A DNA stretch of 42,229 nucleotides from Candidatus Methylomirabilia bacterium (GTDB lineage Bacteria > Methylomirabilota > Methylomirabilia > Rokubacteriales > CSP1-6): assembly GCA_041478145.1 (NCBI GenBank), contig JBGOVO010000002.1:1-42229 (forward strand). The letters are read 5' to 3'. The translations under genes and the position numbers were made by a program. This document shows, one piece after another, positions 9,054 through 17,172 of this stretch. The notes under the pieces were generated by a model. The model worked only from the letters and a program-made list of their open reading frames with translations, searched no databases and was not told the origin of the DNA. Numbering within the stretch: position 1 is the stretch's first letter; every line of letters starts with the position of its first letter.

Positions 9054-9557
9054 CTACTTCTCGCGCTTCTTCTCGAGCCGCTCTTCCAGGGCGCGCAGCT
9101 GCTCGCGCAGCACCGAGATCTCCTCGCGGAGCACGTCGGCCTCCGCGGTGTCGGCGCGCTTCTCCGCCTTCGCGGGCTCGGGGGCGGGGGACGCGACGGT
9201 CTGCCACCCAGCGCGCGAGGCCCACTCCCGCAGCACGCGATCGGCCTCGCGCTGACTGGTCATGAGTCCCTCGAGGCTCGAGCGGAGCGACTTCTGCACG
9301 AAGTCCTGCCAGGCCTCCCCGTGCTTGATGAGCTGATGCAGGAACGCGGTGGGCAGCGTGGCGCGGTGATTCCGCTCGTTCTCGAGGATGATCTGCGCAA
9401 GGGTGACCGACGTGAGGTCCTCGCCGGTCGACACGTCCACCACCGAGATCTCCCGGCCGGCTCGGATCAGCTCCTCGAGTTCCTCGAGCGTGACGTAGCG
9501 GCTCTCCTGCGTGTCGTAGAGCTTGCGGTTGGAGTAGCGCTTGATGACGTACGCCAT
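9054..9557 (-). CDS. phaR: PHA synthesis repressor PhaR
   Basis: The internal ATG at 9557 gives MAYVIKRYSNRKLYDTQESRYVTLEELEELIRAG..., the characteristic PhaR N-terminal DNA-binding motif. A C-terminal coiled-coil follows. Confidence 0.9.
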   Translation of the reverse strand: MAYVIKRYSNRKLYDTQESRYVTLEELEELIRAGREISVVDVSTGEDLTSVTLAQIILENERNHRATLPTAFLHQLIKHGEAWQDFVQKSLRSSLEGLMTSQREADRVLREWASRAGWQTVASPAPEPAKAEKRADTAEADVLREEISVLREQLRALEERLEKKREK

Positions 9558-9643
9558 GATCGAAGTCAGTCTAGCACCGCGGTCTAGCCCCGACAAGGCG
9601 CGCGGGCCGCGCGCGGCGCGAACGCGAGGCGCGACGACGACCG

Positions 9644-10225
9644 CTACTTCGGGCGCGGGCGAGAGGCCGCGGCGGGCGTCGCGGCGGAGAGCGCGGAGAG
9701 GCCGAGCATGCCCATGATGGTGGCGCCCTGGGCCATCCACGCCAGGGGCTGCAGCGTCCAGAGCGCGAGCGCGCTCATCGACTGGGCGGGCCGCGCGTAG
9801 TCGATCGGGGTGCGCGACGGCATCACGACCGCTTCGCCGGTCAGCACGTCCTCGGCCCGCTGGTTGGTGCAGACGGTCCGCAGGCGGATCCGGTTCTTCT
9901 CGCGGTTGACCTCGATCACCTCGACTCGGGCCGAGATCGAATCGCCCGACTTCACCGGCTTGAGGAACTTGAGGTCCTGGGAGAGGTAGATCGCGCCGGG
10001 GCCCGGTAGCCGGGTGCCGATGACGGCGGAGATGAGGCCCGCGGTCCAGATCCCGGGCGCGATCGGCTCCTTGAACACCGTCGCCGCCGCGTACGCCCGG
10101 TCCGAGTGCACCGGGTTGTAGTCCCCGACCGCATCCACGAATGAGGCGATGTCGCCGTCACCGACGCGCCGGGTGATCTGGGCGCTGTCGCCCACCGCGA
10201 TCGCGTCCATCGTCAGGCCGATCAT
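9644..10225 (-). CDS. phaJ: MaoC-like (R)-specific enoyl-CoA hydratase (PhaJ-type hotdog) with a roughly 55-aa hydrophobic C-terminal extension
   Basis: The internal ATG at 10225 gives MIGLTMDAIAVGDSAQITRRVGDGDIASFVDAVGDYNPVHSD (the hydratase-2 DxNPxH motif). It overlaps the phaE stop by 4 nt (ATGA). Confidence 0.85.
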   Translation of the reverse strand: MIGLTMDAIAVGDSAQITRRVGDGDIASFVDAVGDYNPVHSDRAYAAATVFKEPIAPGIWTAGLISAVIGTRLPGPGAIYLSQDLKFLKPVKSGDSISARVEVIEVNREKNRIRLRTVCTNQRAEDVLTGEAVVMPSRTPIDYARPAQSMSALALWTLQPLAWMAQGATIMGMLGLSALSAATPAAASRPRPK

Positions 10226-10755
10226 GCGCGCTCCGGGCGCCCGGCCCCGCCGTCGAGACGACGGAGGGCCCGGTCCAGCTTGTCCTCGAGCCCGTCGATC
10301 TTCTCCTCGACCTGGGCCAGGTGACGGGCGAGCGCGACGACCTGAGCGCGCGACGGCATGCCGAGGCCGGCCAGCGAGGCATCGATCTGCTGCTCCGCCG
10401 CCTTCTTGACGGGGCCCGAGACGTTGAGGAAGCCCTCGAGCTGCTTGCTCATCATCTTGGCGAAGGTGTCGGTGCCCATCGCCTGCTCCAGCACGCGCGA
10501 CCACGCCGCGATCCACTGATCGAGGAACTGCTTCCACTGGGCCATCAGGTCCGGCGACGGCGCGCTTCCCTGCGTCATCACCTTGGACCAGGCGGCCATG
10601 CCCTGGTCCATGAACGGTCGCCAGAAGGCCTGCGGATCCATGGGAGGCGTCGCGGCCGCCGGCCCCTGCCCCATCATCCGGAGCCAGGCCTGGGTGCCCT
10701 CCTCGACCTGGCGCTTCCACATGTCGAGCAGCTGCTGGCTGGTGTTGTCGGCCAT
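10222..10755 (-). CDS. phaE: Class III PHA synthase subunit PhaE-like (short, 177 aa)
   Basis: The N-terminus is Trp-rich (MWKRQVEEGTQAWLRMM..., AQWKQFLDQWIAAWSRVLEQ). The C-terminus carries GMPSRAQVVALARHLAQVEEKIDGLEDKL, which resembles the PhaE C-terminal region. A GGAGGAGG RBS is present, and the gene lies directly after phaC. Confidence 0.7.
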   Translation of the reverse strand: MADNTSQQLLDMWKRQVEEGTQAWLRMMGQGPAAATPPMDPQAFWRPFMDQGMAAWSKVMTQGSAPSPDLMAQWKQFLDQWIAAWSRVLEQAMGTDTFAKMMSKQLEGFLNVSGPVKKAAEQQIDASLAGLGMPSRAQVVALARHLAQVEEKIDGLEDKLDRALRRLDGGAGRPERA

Positions 10756-10777
10756 GACGTCCTCCTCCCGGCCGCGG

Positions 10778-11887
10778 CTACGACCGCGCGGCCAGCCAGG
10801 ACGCCACCTTCGGCCAGCAATGCACCGAGGCGCCGCGTCCGGCGATCAGCGAGATGTGTCCTCCCGGCAGCTCCACGTACTCCTTGTCACGCGTGCTCAC
10901 GACGTCGATGAGCGGCTTCACGCACGCGGGCGGCGCGATGTTGTCCTCCTTGGCCCCCACCGCGAACACCGGGCAGCGGATCTCCCGCAGGTCCACCCGG
11001 CGACCCGCCATCACCAGCTCGCCCTTGATCAGGCGGTTCTGCTGGTAGAAGTCCTTGACCCAGTGGCGGAAGAACTCTCCCGGGAACGGCAGGTACTCGT
11101 TGGCCCACTTGTTCAGCGCGTTGAAGCCGGCCACGTAGTCCGGGTTCCAGAGGTTCCACCAGAGATTCAGATTGGTGTTGAGATCCATGGTGGGCTTGAG
11201 GAGCTTGAAGCCCATCTTGACCATCTCGGCCGGGATGCTGCCAAGGGTGTCGACGTACTTGTCCACGTCGAAGACGCTCGCGTCCAGCCACTTGCCGAAC
11301 AGGCCCACGTGGGCAAAGTCGATGGGGCCCGCCATGTCGACGTAGTTCTTGAGCGGGAAGTCCGGGTGGGTGGTCACGAAGCTGGCCGAGAGCGGCGCGC
11401 CCATGCAGTAGCCGAGCACCGACATCTCGGAAGCGCCCGAGGACTCGAGCGCCTTCCGGGCCAGCCGGGGCAGGAGCTTGGTCACCGCGTCCTCGACGGT
11501 GAGGCCGTTGTCCTCCTCGCCGAACACGCCCCAGTCCACCAGGTAGAAGTCGAAGCCGAGCGAGGTCATGTGCTCGACGAACGAACCCTTCGGCATCAGG
11601 TCGAAGATGTACGGGCGGCTGATCCCGAGATTGGGGACGAAGAGGAGCGGGGTCCGGATCGTACGCGTCGACTGGTAACGCCACAGCCGGGACTTGTTGG
11701 TGCGGTAGATCTCCTGCCGAGGGGTCGGCCCGACCTTCGGCTCCTTCGGGTTCATCACCATCTCGCTGAAGTGCTTCATGCGGAGGAGGTTGCGGTTGGC
11801 TTCTTCCCGCATCCGCGCGAGCAGCTCCGGCGACATCGCCGGCATCTCTCCCATCATCGTGAAGAGCTCGTCTCTCATGGCTCCCAT
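10778..11887 (-). CDS. phaC: Class III/IV poly(R)-hydroxyalkanoate synthase catalytic subunit PhaC
   Basis: About 366-369 aa, with a lipase-like box carrying Cys (LGYCMGA) and the C-terminal GGHISL. It is paired with phaE. The start may be the second ATG at 11878 (see the promoter feature). Confidence 0.9.
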   Translation of the reverse strand: MGAMRDELFTMMGEMPAMSPELLARMREEANRNLLRMKHFSEMVMNPKEPKVGPTPRQEIYRTNKSRLWRYQSTRTIRTPLLFVPNLGISRPYIFDLMPKGSFVEHMTSLGFDFYLVDWGVFGEEDNGLTVEDAVTKLLPRLARKALESSGASEMSVLGYCMGAPLSASFVTTHPDFPLKNYVDMAGPIDFAHVGLFGKWLDASVFDVDKYVDTLGSIPAEMVKMGFKLLKPTMDLNTNLNLWWNLWNPDYVAGFNALNKWANEYLPFPGEFFRHWVKDFYQQNRLIKGELVMAGRRVDLREIRCPVFAVGAKEDNIAPPACVKPLIDVVSTRDKEYVELPGGHISLIAGRGASVHCWPKVASWLAARS

Positions 11888-11915
11888 CCTACCGCTGCGT
11901 GACGCTCCGCGTCAA
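11886..11915 (-). promoter_or_regulatory. Promoter candidate for phaC: TTGACG-18 nt-TAGGAT, with the ATG 7 nt after the -10 (leaderless candidate)
   Basis: The minus strand reads TTGACGcggagcgtcacgcagcggTAGGATgggagccATG. The first ATG of the ORF is part of the -10 hexamer itself. Confidence 0.4.
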
Positions 11916-11931
11916 CCCCGGGTCGACTTGT

Positions 11932-11963
11932 CCCGGCCCGCCCGACGCGCGGAGCGGGCCGGG
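11932..11963 (-). terminator. GC hairpin between the SCP2 gene and phaC
   Basis: CCCGGCCCGC at 11932-11941 is complementary to GCGGGCCGGG at 11954-11963. This gives a 10-bp stem with a 12-nt loop. Confidence 0.4.
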
Positions 11964-11970
11964 CGACAGC

Positions 11971-12291
11971 CTAGACCTGGAACAGGCTCCCCACCTTCAT
12001 GGCGAGCCCCATGTCGCCCTTGAGCTTGAGCTTCCCGGACATGAAGGCCATCTGGCCCGAGAGCTTGCCCCCGGTCATGTCGATCCAGTCCTGGGAGGAC
12101 ATCGTGAGGGTGAGACTGGGGCTGGCGGCGGCACCCTGGCTGACGTTGCAGGCGCCGTCCTTGATCACCGCGTTCCACGTCCCCCCCTGATCGCCGGTGA
12201 TGTCGTACTGGATGGTGGCGTTCACCCCGGCGGCCTTCTCGGCACGGAACCGCGAGGCCATGTTGTCGTAGGTCTCCTTGACTGTCGGCAT
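11971..12291 (-). CDS. SCP2 sterol/lipid-binding domain protein
   Basis: 106 aa ending in ...LSGQMAFMSGKLKLKGDMGLAMKVGSLF, the typical SCP2 C-terminal pattern. A strong RBS (AAGGAGGGAG) lies upstream. Confidence 0.85.
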   Translation of the reverse strand: MPTVKETYDNMASRFRAEKAAGVNATIQYDITGDQGGTWNAVIKDGACNVSQGAAASPSLTLTMSSQDWIDMTGGKLSGQMAFMSGKLKLKGDMGLAMKVGSLFQV

Positions 12292-12306
12292 GACGCGTCT
12301 CCCTCC

Positions 12307-13056
12307 TTAGAACGTGAAGAGGTCCATGCCCCCGGTGACGGTGAGCACGGCCCCCGTGATGTAGCGCGCGCGCTCCGAGCACAGGAACGCGATCGCGCTG
12401 GCGATATCCTCGGGCTGCCCCTCCCGCTGCATGGCCACCCGCTTGACCATACGCTCGTACAACGGCGACAGATTCGCATTCGGCCCCACGATGCCGGGGG
12501 CGATCACGTTGGCGGTCACATTGTACCGCGCCCCTTCGAGCGCCACCGACTTGGCGAACCCGATCACCCCCATCTTGCTCGTCGCGTAGGCGGTCTGCCC
12601 GAAGCCCCCCATGAGCCCCGCGATGGAGGCCATGCAGATGACGCGGCCCCAGCGCCGCTCGCGCATCCCCGGGAAGACCAGCTTGGTGACGTTGTAGGTG
12701 CCGGTGAGGTTGATCCGGAGGTTGAGGTCCCAGTCCTCGTCCGGGGTGTCCTTGAGCTGGCCCATCGTGTAGATCCAGCCCGCATTGTTCACGCAGATGT
12801 CGACCGGCCCCACGTCACTCTCGGCGCGCCTCAGCACGTCGACCAGGACCGAGCGGTCGGTGATGTCGGCGGCGTAGCCTCGCGCCGTCCCGCCTCCGTC
12901 GGTGATCGCCTTCGCGGTCTCGGCCGCGCCCTCGCCGTTGAGATCCAGCACGATGACCCGACAGCCTTCGGCGGCCAGGCTCAGGCAGTCCTGCTTGCCG
13001 AGGCTCCGCGCCCCGCCGGTGATGAGGGCGGTCTTGCCCGCGATACCGAGATCCAC
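12307..13056 (-). CDS. SDR family 3-oxoacyl / acetoacetyl-CoA reductase-like
   Basis: GTG start. Contains TGGARSLG, NNAG and YATSK motifs. It starts 1 nt after the upstream crotonase stop. Confidence 0.9.
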   Translation of the reverse strand: MDLGIAGKTALITGGARSLGKQDCLSLAAEGCRVIVLDLNGEGAAETAKAITDGGGTARGYAADITDRSVLVDVLRRAESDVGPVDICVNNAGWIYTMGQLKDTPDEDWDLNLRINLTGTYNVTKLVFPGMRERRWGRVICMASIAGLMGGFGQTAYATSKMGVIGFAKSVALEGARYNVTANVIAPGIVGPNANLSPLYERMVKRVAMQREGQPEDIASAIAFLCSERARYITGAVLTVTGGMDLFTF

Positions 13057-13057
13057 C

Positions 13058-13831
13058 CTACCGGCCCTTGAAGTCGGCGGGGCGCTTCTGGAAGAAGGCC
13101 TGGATGCCTTCGGCCGCGTCCTCGGTCTTGAGCGTCTGCAGGAACGCCCGGACCTCGATCTCGATGGCCTGGTCGATCGGCGCGTGGAGCCCGTCGTCCA
13201 CCGCCTCGATGATGAGCCGCGTGGCGATGGGGGGGCGCTTGGCCAGCTCGCGGGCGAGCGCCTTGGCGTCGTTGAGCGTCTCGCCTTCCCGCGAGAGGCG
13301 ATTGACCAGACCTGTGCGGTAGCACTCGGCGGCCGAGACCTGGGTGCCGAGGATCAGGTGCTCGAGGGCCAGGCCGCGGCCGATCAGGCGCGGGTAGCGC
13401 TGGGTGCCACCGAAGCCCGGGGTGATGCCGAGGTTGGACTCGGTCTGGCCCATCCGCGCGGTCTCCTTCAGGATACGGATGTGGCAGCCCATGGCGATCT
13501 CGCAGCCGCCCCCCAGCGCGTGCCCGTTGATGGCGGCCACCACCGGTTTGGGGAAGCGCTCGATGCGGCGAACCACGCTGTTGCCGAAGCGGATGAAGGC
13601 GCCCACGTCCGCTCCCTGAAAGGCGGAGCCCAGGTCTGCCCCCGCGCAGAAGATCCGGTCACCGGCGCCGGTGATGATCACGGCTCGGATGCCGTCGTCC
13701 CCTTCCAGCTCGGACAGCGCCGCGTTCAAATCGCGCATGAGCATCTCGCTGATGGCGTTGGCGGGCGGGCGATTCAGGGTGATGGTCGCGAAGCGCTCCT
13801 CGCGGGTCAGGATGAGGGTTTCGTACGCCAT
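13058..13831 (-). CDS. Enoyl-CoA hydratase/isomerase (crotonase family)
   Basis: 257 aa with ITLNRPPANA, GAGDRIFCAGADL and AAINGHALGGGCEIAMGC. A GAGGAG RBS is present. Confidence 0.9.
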   Translation of the reverse strand: MAYETLILTREERFATITLNRPPANAISEMLMRDLNAALSELEGDDGIRAVIITGAGDRIFCAGADLGSAFQGADVGAFIRFGNSVVRRIERFPKPVVAAINGHALGGGCEIAMGCHIRILKETARMGQTESNLGITPGFGGTQRYPRLIGRGLALEHLILGTQVSAAECYRTGLVNRLSREGETLNDAKALARELAKRPPIATRLIIEAVDDGLHAPIDQAIEIEVRAFLQTLKTEDAAEGIQAFFQKRPADFKGR

Positions 13832-13857
13832 CGGGCGGATCTCCTCTTGCCTGGGAG

Positions 13858-14442
13858 CTAGGGGTGGGCGGCCACGCCTTGCAGGAACAGATCGGCCACT
13901 GCGGGAGCGGTGTCCGCCAGCCGGTAGCCGCGCTTGCCGAGCACCCAGGATGTGGCCATCTGGTCCATGGCCCCGAACAGCATCTTGGTCGCCACCTTGA
14001 CCGGCAACCCGGACTTGAAATGCCCCTGGCCCACCCCCTCCTCCAGCACGGAGCCGATCAACGCGAAGTACGCGGCGACTTCCTGGCCGGAGGCCCCGCG
14101 GAAGAATTTCTGGCCCTGGCGCAACTCGATCTGCACCACCTCGGCAAGATCGGGATCTTCCTCCAGCATGTGGAAGTGGAGGTGGACGAGCCGGCGCACC
14201 TTGGCGACCGCGTCGGGCTCGTCCGCGATGGCCCGGCGCAGGGACGCCACGAACGTCGCCATCTTCTCCCGGAAGAGCGTGATGAGGATGTCGTCCTTGG
14301 TCTTGAAGTAGAGATAGATCGTCCCCGCGGCGATGCCGGCCTCGCGCGCGATGTCGGACACGCGCGAATTGAAGTACCCCTTCCGCGCGAAGACCCGAAC
14401 CGCGGCCTCGATGATCTGCTGGGGCTTGTCTGGATCACGCAT
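13858..14442 (-). CDS. TetR/AcrR family regulator (FadR-like acyl-CoA-responsive type by context)
   Basis: The HTH region is QQIIEAAVRVFARKGYFNSRVSDIAREAGIAAGTIYLYFKTKDDIL. It is the first gene of a crotonase-SDR-SCP2 operon. An alternative ATG lies at 14466. Confidence 0.85.
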   Translation of the reverse strand: MRDPDKPQQIIEAAVRVFARKGYFNSRVSDIAREAGIAAGTIYLYFKTKDDILITLFREKMATFVASLRRAIADEPDAVAKVRRLVHLHFHMLEEDPDLAEVVQIELRQGQKFFRGASGQEVAAYFALIGSVLEEGVGQGHFKSGLPVKVATKMLFGAMDQMATSWVLGKRGYRLADTAPAVADLFLQGVAAHP

Positions 14443-14451
14443 GGCAGGAAG

Positions 14452-14465
14452 TGAACCGCGGTTCA
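14452..14465. promoter_or_regulatory. Perfect 14-bp palindrome TGAACCGCGGTTCA just upstream of, or overlapping, the TetR start (candidate TetR operator)
   Basis: Read directly from the sequence: TGAACCG|CGGTTCA. It lies 10 nt upstream of the ATG at 14442. Confidence 0.45.
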
Positions 14466-14489
14466 TTCTAAGCGGCGGTCCCGGCAGTG

Positions 14490-15131
14490 TCAAACGGAAC
14501 TTGGCCGCGAGCCGCGTGGCTGGCAGTTGGCCACGTACTCCTGGAGCCGGTCGAACTCCTTCGGGGCCAGGTTGGCGAACACGAGCACGGCGCCGCCCGA
14601 GTACGCCTCCCACACCACCGCGGGCAGCCGCAGCCGATCGAGGCCCGCACGCGGGGGCAATTCCACCACCACCACGTCGCCCTCGACCAGCCGCTGATCG
14701 GTCGTCACCCGGCCACCCGAGGCGCTGAGGTCCACCGTGTGACCGTGGGCCGTCCCCTCCGACCCACCCTCCACGCGGACCGGCAGGCTCACCGGAACGC
14801 GCGGGAAGCGGCGGCGCATGTCGCCGCGGGAGACGAACGGCGTCACGCGGCCCGCCGGCGAGTCCGACATCTTGAGGAACGCCACCCCGATGCTCTGGCT
14901 GTCCCGCCGCATCACCGTGCTCACCATCTCGAGCCGCCCCGCCTCTCCGGGCAGCGTCACCCGCACGGTCACGTTGCTCCCCACCGCCGCCTCGGTGTCG
15001 GACCGCACCTTCATCCCCGACAGGCTCAGGTTGACGACTTCACCGGACACGACTCGGCCGTCGCCCGCCTCCACCGTGGCCGGCCACGCGGCCGCCGCTC
15101 GCGGAAAGGCCCGCCGATCGTGTCCGCTCAT
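14490..15131 (-). CDS. Tandem PilZ-domain protein (two c-di-GMP-binding PilZ modules)
   Basis: I take the internal ATG at 15131. Module 1 has RRAFPR ... NLSLSGM. Module 2 has RRRFPR ... DLSASGG. Both carry the canonical RxxxR and D/NxSxxG motifs. Confidence 0.8.
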   Translation of the reverse strand: MSGHDRRAFPRAAAAWPATVEAGDGRVVSGEVVNLSLSGMKVRSDTEAAVGSNVTVRVTLPGEAGRLEMVSTVMRRDSQSIGVAFLKMSDSPAGRVTPFVSRGDMRRRFPRVPVSLPVRVEGGSEGTAHGHTVDLSASGGRVTTDQRLVEGDVVVVELPPRAGLDRLRLPAVVWEAYSGGAVLVFANLAPKEFDRLQEYVANCQPRGSRPSSV

Positions 15132-15185
15132 CCATCGACCCTGACGCGTCGGGGGCCTCTCTGTCAACCTCGCCGCGCGCCCGCC

Positions 15186-15214
15186 TTGACGGGCCTCGGA
15201 CCCCCGGGTACGAT
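15186..15214 (+). promoter_or_regulatory. Promoter candidate TTGACG-17 nt-TACGAT, 8 nt before the ATG at 15223 (leaderless or near-leaderless)
   Basis: TTGACG is at 15186-15191 and TACGAT at 15209-15214. There is no Shine-Dalgarno sequence in between. Confidence 0.45.
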
Positions 15215-15222
15215 GCCGCTCC

Positions 15223-16158
15223 ATGACGATCAAATACCGGATCGGGATCATGCCGGGGCCGTGGCCCACGGGCCGCGACGGCGCCGGCTTTCTGTTGACG
15301 CTCTGCGACATGCTCGAGCGGAGCGACGTGGACTCGATCTGGCTCTCCGACCGCCTCTCTTCTCCGGCTCCCGTCCCGGAAGTGATGACGACGCTCGCGG
15401 CCATCGCCGCGCGCACGACCCGGCTCAAGTTCGGGCCGAGCGTGGTCGTCCTGCCCTACCGCACGCCGGTGGTGGCGGCCAAGGAGATGGCCACGGTGGA
15501 CTGGCTCTCGCAGGGCCGCCTCTTCCCCGCGGTGGGCGTGGGCGTCGAGCTGCCGCGAGAGTTCGAGGCCTCCGGCGTGCCGTTCGCCGAGCGGGGCCGG
15601 CGCACCGACGAGGCCATCCGCGTCATACGCCTGCTGTGGACGCAGGACGAGGTGAACTTCCAGGGTGAGTTCTACAAGCTGGACCGCATCTCGATCTTCC
15701 CGAAGCCGTGGCAAACGCCGCCGCCCATCTGGATCGGCGGCAAGAGCGAAGCGGCCATGCGGCGCGCCGCGCGGCTCGGCGACGGCTGGATTCCCTCCTT
15801 CATCACGCCCGAGGAGATGCGGCCGGGTGTCCAGAAGGTGCAGGAGCTGGCCGCGGCGGCGGGTCGGCACGTGCCCGAGGACCACTTCGGCACCCTGATC
15901 AACTACGCCATCGCCGAGACGGAGGACGCGGCGCTCGCCATGGCCCAGCCGTACATCCCGCGCGGACGAGTGGACGAGACGACCATGCGCCAGTGCACCG
16001 CCTTCGGGCCGGTGGGACGCCTGCTGGAGAAGGTCGAGGAATACGTCAAGGCCGGCACCTCCAAGTTCATCCTGCGCCCTCTCTGCCCGCCGGACCGCAT
16101 GCTCGAGCAGCTCGCCGGCATGGCCGAGCACGTCTGCCCGGAGTATCACCGCCGCTGA
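15223..16158 (+). CDS. LLM-class (luciferase-like) flavin/F420-dependent oxidoreductase
   Basis: 311 aa. Contains DSIWLSDRL, the FGPSVVVLPYRTPVVAAKEMATVD pattern, FPKPWQTPPPIWIGG and AARLGDGWIP. Confidence 0.8.
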   Translation: MTIKYRIGIMPGPWPTGRDGAGFLLTLCDMLERSDVDSIWLSDRLSSPAPVPEVMTTLAAIAARTTRLKFGPSVVVLPYRTPVVAAKEMATVDWLSQGRLFPAVGVGVELPREFEASGVPFAERGRRTDEAIRVIRLLWTQDEVNFQGEFYKLDRISIFPKPWQTPPPIWIGGKSEAAMRRAARLGDGWIPSFITPEEMRPGVQKVQELAAAAGRHVPEDHFGTLINYAIAETEDAALAMAQPYIPRGRVDETTMRQCTAFGPVGRLLEKVEEYVKAGTSKFILRPLCPPDRMLEQLAGMAEHVCPEYHRR

Positions 16159-16202
16159 TTCCGAGGCTAGGTCCGCCGCGCGCGGACCCGTATACTGCGG
16201 CC

Positions 16203-17165
16203 ATGCGCCGCTTCCACGCTCTGACCCTCGCGGGGCTCCTCGCCCTGTCCGGATGCTCGCTGGTCACCCTCGACTTCCAGCCCAAGATCCGGCCGCTCGA
16301 GGAGGAGACGGTCGAGGGCAAGGGATCGAGCAAGGTCCTCCTCCTCGATCTCTCGGGCGTGCTCTCGGAAGACCTCCCGAGCTTCTCGCTCGGCGCGCCG
16401 CCGCCCCGCGTCCCGCTGCTCGCGCGGGTGCGCGAGGAGCTGCGCAAGGCCGAGGAGGACGATCGCGTCCGGGCCGTCATCGTGCGAATCAACAGCCCGG
16501 GCGGCACCATCACCGCCTCCGACGTGCTGCACCACGAGCTCCTCGCCTTCAAGGCGCGTCGGAAGATCCCGGTCATCGCCGCCATCATGGACGTGGGCGC
16601 CTCCGGCGGCTACTACGCGGCCCTGGCCGCCGACACCATCGTCGTCAATCCCACGACCATCACGGGCAGCATCGGCGTCGTGATGGTCACGGTCAACGCC
16701 CAGGGCCTGCTGGAGAAGATCGGGGTGACGCCCCTCGCCATCAAGTCCGGGCCGATGAAAGACGCGGGCTCTCCCTTCCGGTCGCTCACCGAGGCGGAGC
16801 GGGCCGTGTTCCAGTCCATCATCGATGACATGTACGGCCGCTTCGTGGGGCTCATCGTGCAGTCCCGGAAGCTGCCGGAGGATCGGGTGCGCGCGCTGGC
16901 CGACGGCCGCGTCTACACGGCGGACCAGGCACTCCGGCTCGGCTTGGTGGACCGCATCGGCTATCTCGAAGACGTGGTGGCCCTGGCCAAGCAGCGAGCG
17001 GGGCTCGACGAGGCGCGCGTGATCATGTACCACCGGCCGAAGGAGTATCGCGCGAACATCTACTCCGCGACTCCCACGCCGTCCACCGCGGAGGGCACGC
17101 TGGCCCAGTTCGCCGCCGCCCTGGGCGGTAGCGGCCCCCGCTTCCTCTATCTCTGGTGGCCGTAG
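16203..17165 (+). CDS. sppA: Signal peptide peptidase SppA (36K type), lipoprotein-type signal
   Basis: The internal ATG at 16203 gives MRRFHALTLAGLLALSGCS (lipobox). Also present are INSPGG, ASGGYYAALAAD and TGSIGV. Confidence 0.85.
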   Translation: MRRFHALTLAGLLALSGCSLVTLDFQPKIRPLEEETVEGKGSSKVLLLDLSGVLSEDLPSFSLGAPPPRVPLLARVREELRKAEEDDRVRAVIVRINSPGGTITASDVLHHELLAFKARRKIPVIAAIMDVGASGGYYAALAADTIVVNPTTITGSIGVVMVTVNAQGLLEKIGVTPLAIKSGPMKDAGSPFRSLTEAERAVFQSIIDDMYGRFVGLIVQSRKLPEDRVRALADGRVYTADQALRLGLVDRIGYLEDVVALAKQRAGLDEARVIMYHRPKEYRANIYSATPTPSTAEGTLAQFAAALGGSGPRFLYLWWP

Positions 17166-17172
17166 AAAAGGG

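Noticed and set aside
15708-16202. N-terminal extensions of track ORFs: 15708..17165, 9644..10720, 9054..9740, 14490..15428, 24351..25376, 25190..26023, 26140..27051, 17338..20244, 31800..34574 and 40178..41656.
   Set aside because: The extended parts are R/P/G-rich, overlap the preceding gene, and lack homology-like sequence. In each case an internal start with an RBS, a stop/start overlap or a signal peptide gives a family-typical protein length.
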